DNA from: Candidatus Nomurabacteria bacterium
Lineage (GTDB): Bacteria; Patescibacteriota; Minisyncoccia; Phycocordibacterales; CAIZLB01
Assembly (NCBI GenBank): GCA_943356525.1
Contig: CALRFG010000004.1
Location: 290 to 64,289 of the forward strand
Length of the DNA: 64,000 nucleotides
Direction: 5' to 3'
Numbering within the stretch: the stretch's first letter is position 1; the number at the start of each line of letters is the position of its first letter. Under the pieces are notes generated by a model that did no database searches, was not told where the DNA came from, and worked only from the letters and a program-made list of their open reading frames with translations. This document shows, one piece after another, positions 28,921 to 38,644 of this stretch. The translations under genes and the position numbers were made by a program.

Positions 28921-29400
28921 ATGCAATATTTAACATTATATATAGTACTACTCATATTAATTTTACTTTCATTTCTTCGTGGTAAAGGTCACTTGTTTAA
29001 AATTATAGTCATGGCTTATCCGACTATGATTATATATAGATCAATTGTTGAATATTTCGGTGAAGATAAAATCAATAATCTTTTTGGTTCAAATATTTTC
29101 ATAAATAATCTAGTTGTATTCATCTTGATTTTAATTCCTGTTTATATTGCTCTTATGCGTATCGTAGACAATTATAAATCACATCAAAACATAAAAGGTA
29201 TAGGAGAGTCAGTGTTACTATCTATCGGTATAGTTTTACTCACTATAGGTATATGTTTCCATGTTTTACCTGATAAAGATGTGTTCAATCTTGATAAACC
29301 TTTTGAGGTTTTCTTTCAAACTAATCTTGGCTATCTAACCTGTATGATAGTGCCGATGCTTTCTGTATTTTTGATGAGTAAAAGAAACCCTTTGGTGTAG
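28921..29400 (+). CDS. Hypothetical integral membrane protein with four transmembrane segments
   Basis: Hydrophobic ORF with a TGATATAAT box plus 6 nt before the ATG. Confidence 0.4.
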   Translation: MQYLTLYIVLLILILLSFLRGKGHLFKIIVMAYPTMIIYRSIVEYFGEDKINNLFGSNIFINNLVVFILILIPVYIALMRIVDNYKSHQNIKGIGESVLLSIGIVLLTIGICFHVLPDKDVFNLDKPFEVFFQTNLGYLTCMIVPMLSVFLMSKRNPLV

Positions 29401-29502
29401 TGTTTGGATGTAAAAATTGCTTGATTTTTGTGACCTATATGATGTGGTTGATCGGGTTTCTATCTTGCATTCCTAGGAAAAATAAGCTATTATGTAAAAA
29501 CT

Positions 29503-29868
29503 ATGCCAACAATTAAAGAAATAAAAGCAAAAAACACTGGACCCCAAGCTGTTATTAAAACAGGTGGTAAACAATATCGTGTACAAGTAGGAGATACTTT
29601 AAAGATCGAAAAACTGTTAAAACCAGCAGGTGAAGAGTTTAAAGTAGGTGATGCTGTATCATTCGATATGGTATTACTTAAAGATGACGGTACTACTTTA
29701 GTACTTGGGGCCCCAACTATCAAAGGTTCTACAGTTACTGCAACTATAACTGACATCGCTCGTGAGCAAAAAGTTATAGTAGGAAAGTTCAAACAAAAAT
29801 CAAAATACTTTGTTAAAAACGGTCATAGACAACCTTTCTTCGCTGTGAAGATTGAGGGGATAAACTAA
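29503..29868 (+). CDS. rplU: 50S ribosomal protein L21 with a 15-aa N-terminal extension
   Basis: 'AVIKTGGKQYRVQVGDTLKIEKL' is the L21 core. Confidence 0.8.
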   Translation: MPTIKEIKAKNTGPQAVIKTGGKQYRVQVGDTLKIEKLLKPAGEEFKVGDAVSFDMVLLKDDGTTLVLGAPTIKGSTVTATITDIAREQKVIVGKFKQKSKYFVKNGHRQPFFAVKIEGIN

Positions 29869-29877
29869 ATATAATGA

Positions 29878-29905
29878 AAACACCCGAGAGGGTGTTTTTT
29901 TTGTT
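29878..29905 (+). terminator. Intrinsic terminator
   Basis: Stem ACACCC-gagag-GGGTGT followed by eight or more T residues. Confidence 0.8.
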
Positions 29906-29921
29906 TTTATTTTGCATTCGT

Positions 29922-30518
29922 TTATCTCCTAAACTTCAAAGCCTCTCTCAATGTCTCTTGATCTGCATATTCTATCTCGGACCCGGTCGATATACCGCGA
30001 CCCAGCAAAGAGATTTTCATCTCTGGAAATCGCTTCGCTATGTTTTCCTTTAAAATCTTAAGTGTATAATCACCATCAGATGTTGCATTTAATGCTAGAA
30101 TAATTTCCTGCAAACCTTTTGTATTTAAATTTTCTATTCTCTTATATAATTTATCAAAGTCTATATACTCATGAGCTTTTTCTGAGAACAATGGTATGTA
30201 CTTACCAAGAATAAAATACTGCCCATTATATGCCATAGTTCTTTCAAATATTTCTATATCATTATCATATGCCAAGATAAGTAGTTTATTATCTTCTCGT
30301 TTTTTTGTACAGATTTGACACTTGTCTGTATTTTTATAATTAATAAATTTACGATTACAGTCGATACATGTCACAACCTTATCGTTTATATGACTTATAC
30401 CTGTAATCAAATCTTGTCTATATCCGTTGTTACTATTCATCAGAAAAGACACAAACCTTTTAGCTTGTCTTGGACCAATTCCTGGGAATTTTTTAAATAA
30501 TTCTATAAGTTCTTCCAT
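29922..30518 (-). CDS. recR: Recombination protein RecR
   Basis: N-terminal HhH 'FPGIGPRQAKR', a C4 zinc finger 'CIDCNRKF...CQIC', and a Toprim domain. Confidence 0.9.
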   Translation of the reverse strand: MEELIELFKKFPGIGPRQAKRFVSFLMNSNNGYRQDLITGISHINDKVVTCIDCNRKFINYKNTDKCQICTKKREDNKLLILAYDNDIEIFERTMAYNGQYFILGKYIPLFSEKAHEYIDFDKLYKRIENLNTKGLQEIILALNATSDGDYTLKILKENIAKRFPEMKISLLGRGISTGSEIEYADQETLREALKFRR

Positions 30519-30544
30519 AAAATATTTTGGTAATTTTACAACTA

Positions 30545-31963
30545 TTACATCGTATCTTCATAATCACTATAGTCGCTTTTATCAAGAGATAAGAAAGATG
30601 AATGCTTATCATCAAATTTAAGTTTTATTGCACCTGTAGGACCATTTCTATGCTTCTCTATGAGTATCTCGGCGATATTATCACGTTCTGAATGGTCTTT
30701 GTATTTATCCTCTCTATGTATGAACATAACAATATCCGCATCTTGCTCAATAGATCCAGAATCTCTAAGATCAGACAATCTTGGTTTTCCTTGACGTTGC
30801 TCAACAGCACGAGATAGCTGTGAAAGTGCAAGTACAGGAACATCTAATTCACGAGCTAAGTGTTTCAAAGATTTTGATATCTCGGATATCTGCTGCACTA
30901 CATTATCTGAGTTTCGACTTTGTGTAGGTGACATAAGTTGTAAATAATCAACAACTATCAAGCCAAGTTTTCTTTCTGATTTTATTTTTCTTGCAGTACT
31001 TCGCATTTTTACTATATTTGTACCGGCTTGATCATCTATATATATTGGCGCATTTGAAAGTTCAGATATACCAGTTTGTAATCTCTCGTACTCTTCAGAG
31101 TTGTTAAGGTTTAATTTTCCTGTTCTTAATTTCCATGAATCAACACGTGAATGAGAGGATATCATACGATACAAAAGCTGCTGACTACTCATCTCAAGTG
31201 AAAAGATGAGCACAGGAGTTCCATGATGAACTGCGGCATTGCGTGCTATATCCAATGCAAGGGAAGTCTTACCGCAAGAAGGTCGAGCGGCTAAGATAAT
31301 AAGGTCTGATTTTTGCAAACCTGAAAGTTTATTGTCTAGATCTTTAAAACCAGTAGGTACACCACGAAGTTCATCGCCACTGTTATGTATCTTATCTATA
31401 CTGTCCCAAGCTTCTATCAACCCTTCACGCATTGAAGTCACTGTGGATTTTGAGTTTTTATTTGTTATGGAAAATATTTCTTTTTCAGCCGAGTCCATAA
31501 TGTCTTCGAGATCCCCTTGTTCTGCATAACCTAGGTTTCCGATACGCTCTGATGCATTTATAAGATGCCTCATCATGAATTTTTTCTCAAGTATACGAGC
31601 ATAATACTCAATGTTTGATGATGAAGGAACCATTTGTACAAGTTCAGCAAGATAAGATGCGCCGCCGATCTGATCCAAAAACCCCATATTATCTAGTGTG
31701 TTTTTTAAAGACAAATAGTCAACAGGATTTCCTTTTTCTAAAAGTTCCAGTATACCTTTGTATACTTTTTTATGTTTTTCGCTATAAAAATTCTCTTCAG
31801 TAATAATGTCGGCTATCTCAGCATATGCATCGGGACGTATCATAATAGATCCAAGCACAGCCTGCTCTGCCTCTAGACTGTATGGGGGTAGTTTAAGGTT
31901 ATGTATTGCAGTAGCTTGAGCCTGCTGATTATTATTTTTTATAAATTTAGAAGAGGTTTGCAT
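30545..31963 (-). CDS. dnaB: Replicative DNA helicase DnaB
   Basis: N-terminal domain 'EAEQAVLGSIM', Walker A 'ARPSCGKTS', and RecA-like C-terminal motifs. The leaderless promoter TGGTATAGAT precedes the ATG by 7 nt. Confidence 0.9.
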   Translation of the reverse strand: MQTSSKFIKNNNQQAQATAIHNLKLPPYSLEAEQAVLGSIMIRPDAYAEIADIITEENFYSEKHKKVYKGILELLEKGNPVDYLSLKNTLDNMGFLDQIGGASYLAELVQMVPSSSNIEYYARILEKKFMMRHLINASERIGNLGYAEQGDLEDIMDSAEKEIFSITNKNSKSTVTSMREGLIEAWDSIDKIHNSGDELRGVPTGFKDLDNKLSGLQKSDLIILAARPSCGKTSLALDIARNAAVHHGTPVLIFSLEMSSQQLLYRMISSHSRVDSWKLRTGKLNLNNSEEYERLQTGISELSNAPIYIDDQAGTNIVKMRSTARKIKSERKLGLIVVDYLQLMSPTQSRNSDNVVQQISEISKSLKHLARELDVPVLALSQLSRAVEQRQGKPRLSDLRDSGSIEQDADIVMFIHREDKYKDHSERDNIAEILIEKHRNGPTGAIKLKFDDKHSSFLSLDKSDYSDYEDTM

Positions 31964-31972
31964 GTTATTTAT

Positions 31973-32431
31973 CTATACCAAAATATAAGCAATGTATAAA
32001 GCTAGCCAAAGAGTAAAAATGATTACAGAAGTTTGTTTGAATTCTTTATGGTGACGGATAAAGCTATCTGATAGGTGATGATATTGTTCTTGATGCCTTA
32101 TTAATATCTTGAATTGATAATATTTTTGAGTCGCAGTACAGAAAACTAATATGGCAGAGAGTAAGAAAGTTACAAATGAAAATATATAGGTATTATTATT
32201 AAACTCTGTTTGATTTAGGAAAATAAAACAAACATAAGCTAACTGTGTCAGGAAAAGTAAAAAGGAAGAGATAAATGAGTATGACATAACTCTACTCATG
32301 AAACTTTTCTCAATACCACGTATTTGCTTAGTTTTTTCGACTACTATTATGAAAATGTCTATAATCAGAGATGAGGCTAGTCCTAAGGATAAGATTATAT
32401 GATGAATTATATATATAAAGATTATCGACAT
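31973..32431 (-). CDS. Hypothetical integral membrane protein
   Basis: Four hydrophobic helices. Probably co-transcribed with dnaB. Confidence 0.4.
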   Translation of the reverse strand: MSIIFIYIIHHIILSLGLASSLIIDIFIIVVEKTKQIRGIEKSFMSRVMSYSFISSFLLFLTQLAYVCFIFLNQTEFNNNTYIFSFVTFLLSAILVFCTATQKYYQFKILIRHQEQYHHLSDSFIRHHKEFKQTSVIIFTLWLALYIAYILV

Positions 32432-32466
32432 GTATACAGTATATCAAAATCGAGTCCATGATACTG

Positions 32467-32494
32467 TTGACAAAATCAGTGTTTGTGATAATAT
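32467..32494 (+). promoter_or_regulatory. Near-consensus sigma70 promoter: TTGACA, a 16-nt spacer, then TGaTAATAT (extended -10)
   Basis: TTGACA at 32467-32472 and TAATAT at 32489-32494, with TG at 32486-32487. No protein gene lies downstream on the + strand. Confidence 0.5.
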
Positions 32495-32500
32495 ATAGAC

Positions 32501-32643
32501 GTGCCCCAAAAGTAGGGACAACCAGCCAGGTAGGGTGCAAGGAAGGTGATACGCTTAACACTTCCTTGCACCTGATGGTAGATCTTAATAGTTCAGATAA
32601 TATCGCAATTTAGCGATAGAGTCTGGACTTTTTTATTTTTTTA
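32501..32643 (+). ncRNA. Candidate small non-coding RNA of about 140 nt, with a predicted long hairpin and a T-rich 3' end
   Basis: It starts about 7 nt after the consensus promoter. A perfect 12-bp hairpin pairs 32535-32546 with 32561-32572 around a 14-nt loop. A second hairpin TATCGC/GCGATA spans 32601-32618. The transcript ends in TTTTTTATTTTTTT, which overlaps the stop codon of convergent cysS. The segment has a locally elevated GC content. Confidence 0.35.
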
Positions 32644-33997
32644 CAATCTCTGACATATCTGCATTATCTAAAACATCATACCCAAGATCTTGTATTTTGT
32701 TCCTCAATTCATCGGATTTTGTAAAATTCTTTTCAGTTCGAGCCAAATCTCTTTCTTCTTTTAGTTTCAGAACTCCTTCAGGAATAATATCTTGCTCCAA
32801 AAGTTTTAGTCCTAGTATAGAGTCAAATTTTTGTATAATTTCTTTATTTATAATTTCTGTATTTACCAATTCCCAAAGATAGGCCAAAAGATTAGGTGTG
32901 TCCAAATCATTTTCTATGATTTCTGTAATTTTATTTTCTATATTTTCTTCATTTACATCTTGGTTATTTTTTAAAATATCCTTTATCCGATTTTTCAATC
33001 TATAATATGCAGTCTGTGATGCTTGTATATCGGAAAATTCAAAGAAAATAGGTTGGCGATATCGGGTTTGCAGTATAAAGTACCTATAAGATAGGGGACT
33101 AACATTATTTTTTTCTAGATCTGATATTGTTATAAAACTTCCATCTGATTTACTCATTTTTCTGTCTTTCCAGTTTAAAAATGCGCCATGCATCCAAATA
33201 TTTGCAAGTGGGACATGATTTGCGCATTCACTTTGTGCAATTTCATTATTATGATGGCTTGGAATATGATCTATTCCTCCTGTATGTATATCAAAAGTAT
33301 TTCCAAGATATTTTTGAGCCATAGCAGAACATTCTATATGCCATCCCGGAAAGCCTACACCCCAGGGAGAATCCCACTCTTGTTGACGTTTCTCATCAGC
33401 TTGAGAAAATTTCCATAAGGCAAAATCATAAGGGGTGCGTTTTTCTTCATTTAACACTACTCGGTGGCCAGCTTGTAATCCTTTAAGATCAATATTGCCT
33501 AATTTTCCGTATTCTGGAAATGTTGAAATATCAAAATACACACCATCAGATATTTTATATGCATGACCCTCTGATTCTAGTTTTTGTATCATTTTTATTT
33601 GTTCCTGAATATTATCAGTCGCACGTGGAAACTGAGTTTTTTTTGTTTCAATATTTAATTTTTTTAAATCATTGAAAAAAACATCTATGAAAAAATTAGC
33701 AATCTCTTTTGCAGTTTTATTATTTTTAATTGCTGATTTTTCTATCTTGTCTTCACCTTCGTCGGCATCATCTACAATATGTCCAACATCAGTAATATTT
33801 ATAACTTGATTTACCTTATACCCTGAGAACTCAAAAGTACGTCGTAAAATATCAGAAAAAAGATAAGTACGCATATTTCCGATATGAAGATAGTCATAAA
33901 CAGTAGGACCGCAATGATACATAGAAACTTCATTTTCTCTTATAGTTTTAATTTCTTCTATTCCTTTCGACAGGGTGTTATAGAGTTTTATGGACAT
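32633..33997 (-). CDS. cysS: Cysteine--tRNA ligase
   Basis: 'HCGPTVYDYLHIGN' (HIGH) and 'KMSKS' motifs. The start is taken at the second ATG, MSIKLY, 6 nt after a TATAAT box. Confidence 0.9.
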   Translation of the reverse strand: MSIKLYNTLSKGIEEIKTIRENEVSMYHCGPTVYDYLHIGNMRTYLFSDILRRTFEFSGYKVNQVINITDVGHIVDDADEGEDKIEKSAIKNNKTAKEIANFFIDVFFNDLKKLNIETKKTQFPRATDNIQEQIKMIQKLESEGHAYKISDGVYFDISTFPEYGKLGNIDLKGLQAGHRVVLNEEKRTPYDFALWKFSQADEKRQQEWDSPWGVGFPGWHIECSAMAQKYLGNTFDIHTGGIDHIPSHHNNEIAQSECANHVPLANIWMHGAFLNWKDRKMSKSDGSFITISDLEKNNVSPLSYRYFILQTRYRQPIFFEFSDIQASQTAYYRLKNRIKDILKNNQDVNEENIENKITEIIENDLDTPNLLAYLWELVNTEIINKEIIQKFDSILGLKLLEQDIIPEGVLKLKEERDLARTEKNFTKSDELRNKIQDLGYDVLDNADMSEIVKK

Positions 33998-34050
33998 ATA
34001 GCGATTATAACTCATTTACTATTTTAATGTAATATGTTTATAATTATAAT

Positions 34051-34872
34051 ATGTTAAAAATAACACAACTTTTAAAAGAGTCACTTACGACTTATAAACT
34101 TAACTTTAAGAAAATATTTTGGATAGCATTGCCTATACTTGTATTAGGTATTATCGGCGAATATTATATTGAGGTTTTTAATACAATGATTGATAAGGAG
34201 GATTTCGCTAATATACCCTATTTATTTGCAAGTATTACGATATGGATATTAACTATATTAATAGTGACCTTATACTTTAGTCCAGTACTAAAAAGAGCTA
34301 TACAAAAAAAAGAAGATGGGGAACAATTTAATACAAACCTAGCTTACAGTTTTCAAAAGAAAAATATTTTCAAATGGATAATGGTAAATGTTTGGGGTAT
34401 GCTATATATGCTTTGGATAATGTTGCCTTATATTTTGGTTAGTGTTTTACTCACGGTTATACTTTTTATGCATTTAGATACATACAATAATATTTTGATA
34501 CTTACAAGCCTGATTGGACTAACAATTTTGACTGGTACAGTATTAAACATAACTAAGTTTATGTTATATAAAAACATTTTCTTTTCAAAAGACGGAATAC
34601 CTGCAAGAGATGCTGTTCGCGAATCAATAAAGCTTGGTAAAACAAAAAATGGTCAACTTTGGTCACTAATCTCAGCTTTGATTATTTTATTTATAATCAA
34701 TATAATAATATTTTTTGCATTAATCAATTTATCAGATTTACTTATTGATAAGGTTTCGAACAATGTCTTGTTTTATTCAGAAATTATAGTAAATGGTGCT
34801 CTTTCGTCTCTAATTTTCTTACCTTTAATGTCTATTATTGTGGCTAAGGGGTATGTGAAGATTAGGGAGTAA
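34051..34872 (+). CDS. Hypothetical polytopic membrane protein
   Basis: Six or more hydrophobic segments. No motif recognised. Confidence 0.4.
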   Translation: MLKITQLLKESLTTYKLNFKKIFWIALPILVLGIIGEYYIEVFNTMIDKEDFANIPYLFASITIWILTILIVTLYFSPVLKRAIQKKEDGEQFNTNLAYSFQKKNIFKWIMVNVWGMLYMLWIMLPYILVSVLLTVILFMHLDTYNNILILTSLIGLTILTGTVLNITKFMLYKNIFFSKDGIPARDAVRESIKLGKTKNGQLWSLISALIILFIINIIIFFALINLSDLLIDKVSNNVLFYSEIIVNGALSSLIFLPLMSIIVAKGYVKIRE

Positions 34873-35023
34873 GATAAAAGAAGAAAAAAAATGCTTTCAC
34901 TAGAAAACAAAAAATATATTTATGGCCATTATGGCACTATATATGATTGGGGTTTATTTAACTATGGGAAATATGATCATGTAAGTATTGAGTAAGTGTC
35001 TGAGTAATGTTATATTACAAGGC

Positions 35024-36130
35024 ATGAATCTATCAGTCGGCATCGTAGGCCTTCCTAACGTAGGCAAATCAACATTATTTAACGCAATAACAAAGAAATC
35101 AGTACCGGCTGAAAACTATCCTTTTTGTACCATAGACCCATCTGTGGGTGTTGTTGCTGTACCTGATGAAAGGCTATATAAACTTGCTGCGTTTTCTAAA
35201 ACTAAAAAAACTGTTCCAGCCATCGTTGAGTTTGTTGACATAGCTGGACTTGTAAAAGGTGCATCAGAAGGAGAAGGTTTGGGTAATCAGTTCTTGCAAC
35301 ATATACGCGAGGTGAATGCTATAGCTCATGTGGTGCGGGTTTATGAAGACAATAATCTGATACATGTTCATGGAAAAGTTGATCCTGTTGACGATATTGC
35401 TATTATAAACTTTGAGCTTATTGTTGCAGACAAACAAGTTGTTGAAAAAAGATTATCCTCACTTGATAGAGATATAAAAAGAAATGATAAAGATGCACTT
35501 ATATTAAAAGAAATATTGGATAAAGTATTGGAGAATCTGAAGAAAGATATATTTGCCTCAAAAACAGAACTTACAGATGAGCAAAAAATTTTATTAAACA
35601 AAAATGTTCAACTTATAACAATGAAGCCAGTGATGTTTGTATTAAATAAAAAATCAGGAAGTAAAAATATTATCGATGACACTAGTGATACTAGATATTT
35701 ATCATTGATGGAATATTTTAAAAATGAAAATGCAATCTACACTATAGTTGATGCAAGGATTGAAAATGATTTAAAAGATTTTGAGGGTGAAGAAAAAGAA
35801 ATGTTTAGACAAGAATTAGGTGGAACACATGATGATGGTATAAATGATTTAATAAAGGCTGGTTACAAACTGCTGAACGTGATGAGTTATTTTACAACCG
35901 GAGTTGAGGAGACTAGAGCTTGGACTATAGAAAAGGGTTGGACAGCACCGATGGCTGGAACTGCAATACATACTGATTTTAAGGATAAGTTTATACGAGC
36001 TGAGGTTGTGTTCTGGTCCGATCTTATAGATAGCGGGTCCTATGGAGTGGCGAGGGAAAAGGGTTTGGTGAAAACTGAAGGGAAGGAGTATGTGGTTAAG
36101 GATGGGGATGTCATAGAGTTTAGGGTCTAG
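35024..36130 (+). CDS. ychF: Ribosome-binding ATPase YchF (Obg-like GTPase family)
   Basis: 'VGLPNVGKSTLFNA', the G-domain motifs and a C-terminal TGS domain. The start is taken at the ATG at 35024, 7 nt after TGTTATATT. Confidence 0.85.
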   Translation: MNLSVGIVGLPNVGKSTLFNAITKKSVPAENYPFCTIDPSVGVVAVPDERLYKLAAFSKTKKTVPAIVEFVDIAGLVKGASEGEGLGNQFLQHIREVNAIAHVVRVYEDNNLIHVHGKVDPVDDIAIINFELIVADKQVVEKRLSSLDRDIKRNDKDALILKEILDKVLENLKKDIFASKTELTDEQKILLNKNVQLITMKPVMFVLNKKSGSKNIIDDTSDTRYLSLMEYFKNENAIYTIVDARIENDLKDFEGEEKEMFRQELGGTHDDGINDLIKAGYKLLNVMSYFTTGVEETRAWTIEKGWTAPMAGTAIHTDFKDKFIRAEVVFWSDLIDSGSYGVAREKGLVKTEGKEYVVKDGDVIEFRV

Positions 36131-36280
36131 GTAAAGAAAAATTCACCAACTCTTCAGCTGGTGAATTTTCAAGTAGATGGTCAGTAGTGACAGTATTGAC
36201 TCCTTATAACTTAGATCAAGAAATCACTGTTTTTCTGACAAGCATGTAGCCGCAATCGTTGTCTGATTTTTTTGTCAAAT

Positions 36281-36330
36281 AAAAAAAGCCCGGGGACCAC
36301 TTGGATCCCCGGAACTCGGGTTATTTTTTT
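36281..36330. terminator. Bidirectional intrinsic terminator
   Basis: Stem CCGGGGA...TCCCCGG with an A-run on the + strand and a T-run on the - strand. Confidence 0.7.
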
Positions 36331-36347
36331 TAAAATGTATTTGGTTT

Positions 36348-36566
36348 TTACGCTGCTACTTTGAACTCGACAGTGAAATCACCATAACGGGCAACTTGCT
36401 CTAGGTGAGCACGATGTTCTTCGATATGTGTAGGGTTCTTGAACTTGATATGCACTATTGCCCGGCCACCGCCAATCTTGGCTTCGACCTCGAAGTGTTC
36501 ACCAGGTTTCAGTTTCTTTTGTTTGAGTGCAAATGTGATGTCACTAATCAATTTTTCTTTTGACAT
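36348..36566 (-). CDS. Small hypothetical protein of 72 aa
   Basis: ORF bounded by a strong terminator. No family recognised. Confidence 0.4.
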   Translation of the reverse strand: MSKEKLISDITFALKQKKLKPGEHFEVEAKIGGGRAIVHIKFKNPTHIEEHRAHLEQVARYGDFTVEFKVAA

Positions 36567-36704
36567 AATTCAGGTATGTTATTTATTTTCAAAATCTCTT
36601 CAACTTAGTCCACTCAGACCTCGTCTTCAAAATCTTGGTAAATAATATACCCAATTCCCACCCAATAGTCAAATCAAATAATATATGTTAATATACATCA
36701 CATT

Positions 36705-37181
36705 ATGACAACTCAAGATCAAAAAGAATATTTATCAAAAGAAAGACATGCAGAGCTTGTAAAAGAGCTTGAGCAGCTTAAAACAGTAAGAAGAAAAGAG
36801 ATTGCTGAAGACTTGGAGTATGCACGTAGTCTCGGTGACCTTTCAGAGAATGCTGAGTTTAACAAAGCTCGCGAAGATCAGGCTATAGTAGAAGATCGTA
36901 TAAATCAAATCGAGTCAGTTCTTGCAAATGCTGAAATAATTAAAATGCATCACGCTACAACAGCTGAAGTGGGTACAACTATTTATTTGATGAAAAAAGG
37001 TTCAACTAAAGCAGAAACTTACATGTTAGTTGGTTCTGAAGAGATTGATTTCAATACAAACAAGGTTTCTCTAAAATCTCCAATAGGTATTGCTGTATCA
37101 GGAAAGAGTAAGGGCGATGAGATCAAGGTTAAATTACCAAATGGTTCAGAAGTCTTTTACACTATTAAAGATATAGAATAG
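36705..37181 (+). CDS. greA: Transcription elongation factor GreA
   Basis: N-terminal coiled coil with 'LGDLSENAEF' and a C-terminal FKBP-like domain. Confidence 0.9.
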   Translation: MTTQDQKEYLSKERHAELVKELEQLKTVRRKEIAEDLEYARSLGDLSENAEFNKAREDQAIVEDRINQIESVLANAEIIKMHHATTAEVGTTIYLMKKGSTKAETYMLVGSEEIDFNTNKVSLKSPIGIAVSGKSKGDEIKVKLPNGSEVFYTIKDIE

Positions 37182-37211
37182 TTTTTCATTACTTTCTGTC
37201 AAAGTGAAATA

Positions 37212-37252
37212 AAAAACCCGCCATCCTTTCCTTGGATAGTGGGTTTTTTTAT
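37212..37252 (+). terminator. Intrinsic terminator
   Basis: Stem CCCGCCATCC...GGATAGTGGG followed by TTTTTTT. Confidence 0.7.
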
Positions 37253-37280
37253 TGAGCTTTCTTTGATATAATCATTTCAT

Positions 37281-38639
37281 ATGACTGCTACTCAATTTTT
37301 AATATTTATAATATACCTGTCTTTGTTTATCGCGGCAGGTTTATTTGTTGATTATCAATGGAAAGCTGTGAAAAGAACATATTTAGCTTTTATTAGGGCT
37401 GGGTTTTATTCAAAACAAAAATATTCTCTTTTTGAAATAAGTATTCCTCGGGGGCAAAGTAAATCACCACTTGCTATGGAAGTTTTTTTCAATGCCTTGT
37501 ATCAACCTTTTGGAGAAGGTTCTTGGATGAATATATGGCTTCAGGGTTCAACAAAACCATGGTTTACTTTAGAGTTGGTATCTATCGAAGGTAAAGTAAA
37601 GTTTTTTATATGGACCAATGATAAATTTTCTAACGGCATACGGACTCAGCTTTATGCACAATTTCCTGACATTGGTATAAAAGAAATATATCAAGGTGAT
37701 TATAGAAATGACTATGTTTCAAATATAAATTACGATGTATCAAAATATAAATTTTCCTGTGCTGAATTTAAAAAGAAAAATGCTGGTCATTTACCTATAA
37801 AAACATATACAGATTATGGATTGGATAAAGATCCCAAAGAAGAGTTCAAGATAGATCCTATAACTCCAGTTTTAGAATATCTCGGTAACTTGGGAAAAGG
37901 TGAGCAGGCCTGGATACAAATTGGTATAAGGGCACCTGGAAAAGATACTGATAAGAAGTTTCCTACAGACGCAAAAGAGTTAGAGAAATTTAGAAAAACT
38001 CATAAATTGAAATGGTATCAGAATAAAGTCATGGTTGACTGGACTGACGCGGCGAAAGAAGATATTAAAAAATTAACAAAAAGAGATTTAAAAATGGATA
38101 AAGAGAGTCCAAGTAATCCAGCCGATACGAAATTAACAAAACAAGAAATGGATAAAGTTGATGCGGTAGAAAGAGGTTTGTCAAAAATTGCATTTGACAC
38201 ATGTATAAGAACTGTATATGTTGCCGAGAAAGATTTATTTTCACCATCAAATTCTGCTGGACTTAGTGGAGTATTTAAACAATATAATACTCAACACATG
38301 AATAGCTTTGAATCAAAATCACCTGTGGTAAAATATGCTATACAAGATAAAAGTGGCTTAAGGGTTGAAGCTGACAAAAAACTTATATTTGAACAATATA
38401 AAGCCAGAGCTTTTTTCTATCCCCAATTTATTCCTATAGGAGCCCCAAGTTATCACCAGGTCTGGAAAACAAATCAATTTAAATTAAAAAAGGATAAATA
38501 TATACCGAGTGTTCCGTTTATTATGACAGTAGAAGAGTTGGCCACAATATTTCATTTTCCAGGAGACACGGCTACAACTTCGAATGTGTCACGTATTGAA
38601 GCTAAGAAAGTAGAAGCACCAGCTAATCTTCCGATATAA
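37281..38639 (+). CDS. Hypothetical 452-aa protein with an N-terminal transmembrane helix
   Basis: Single N-terminal hydrophobic helix, with a K/D-rich central region. It sits immediately upstream of mltG, with a 5-nt gap. Confidence 0.4.
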   Translation: MTATQFLIFIIYLSLFIAAGLFVDYQWKAVKRTYLAFIRAGFYSKQKYSLFEISIPRGQSKSPLAMEVFFNALYQPFGEGSWMNIWLQGSTKPWFTLELVSIEGKVKFFIWTNDKFSNGIRTQLYAQFPDIGIKEIYQGDYRNDYVSNINYDVSKYKFSCAEFKKKNAGHLPIKTYTDYGLDKDPKEEFKIDPITPVLEYLGNLGKGEQAWIQIGIRAPGKDTDKKFPTDAKELEKFRKTHKLKWYQNKVMVDWTDAAKEDIKKLTKRDLKMDKESPSNPADTKLTKQEMDKVDAVERGLSKIAFDTCIRTVYVAEKDLFSPSNSAGLSGVFKQYNTQHMNSFESKSPVVKYAIQDKSGLRVEADKKLIFEQYKARAFFYPQFIPIGAPSYHQVWKTNQFKLKKDKYIPSVPFIMTVEELATIFHFPGDTATTSNVSRIEAKKVEAPANLPI

Positions 38640-38644
38640 TAATT

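Noticed and set aside
29490-29792. 100-aa ORF antisense to rplU, and similar antisense ORFs (4568..4765, 10662..10880, 17152..17397, 24234..24509, 27889..28373, 31239..31529, 58592..58976, 61237..61890 and others)
   Set aside because: They are fully embedded in well-supported conserved genes on the opposite strand. Their composition is low-complexity. They lack the promoter/ATG spacing signature seen at real starts.
32501-32643. SRP (4.5S) RNA identity for the candidate sRNA
   Set aside because: There is a partial 'CCAGGU-AGG' resemblance to the SRP domain IV 5' strand. However the hairpin has a 14-nt loop rather than a GNRA tetraloop, and the 3'-strand 'AGCAGCC' motif is absent.
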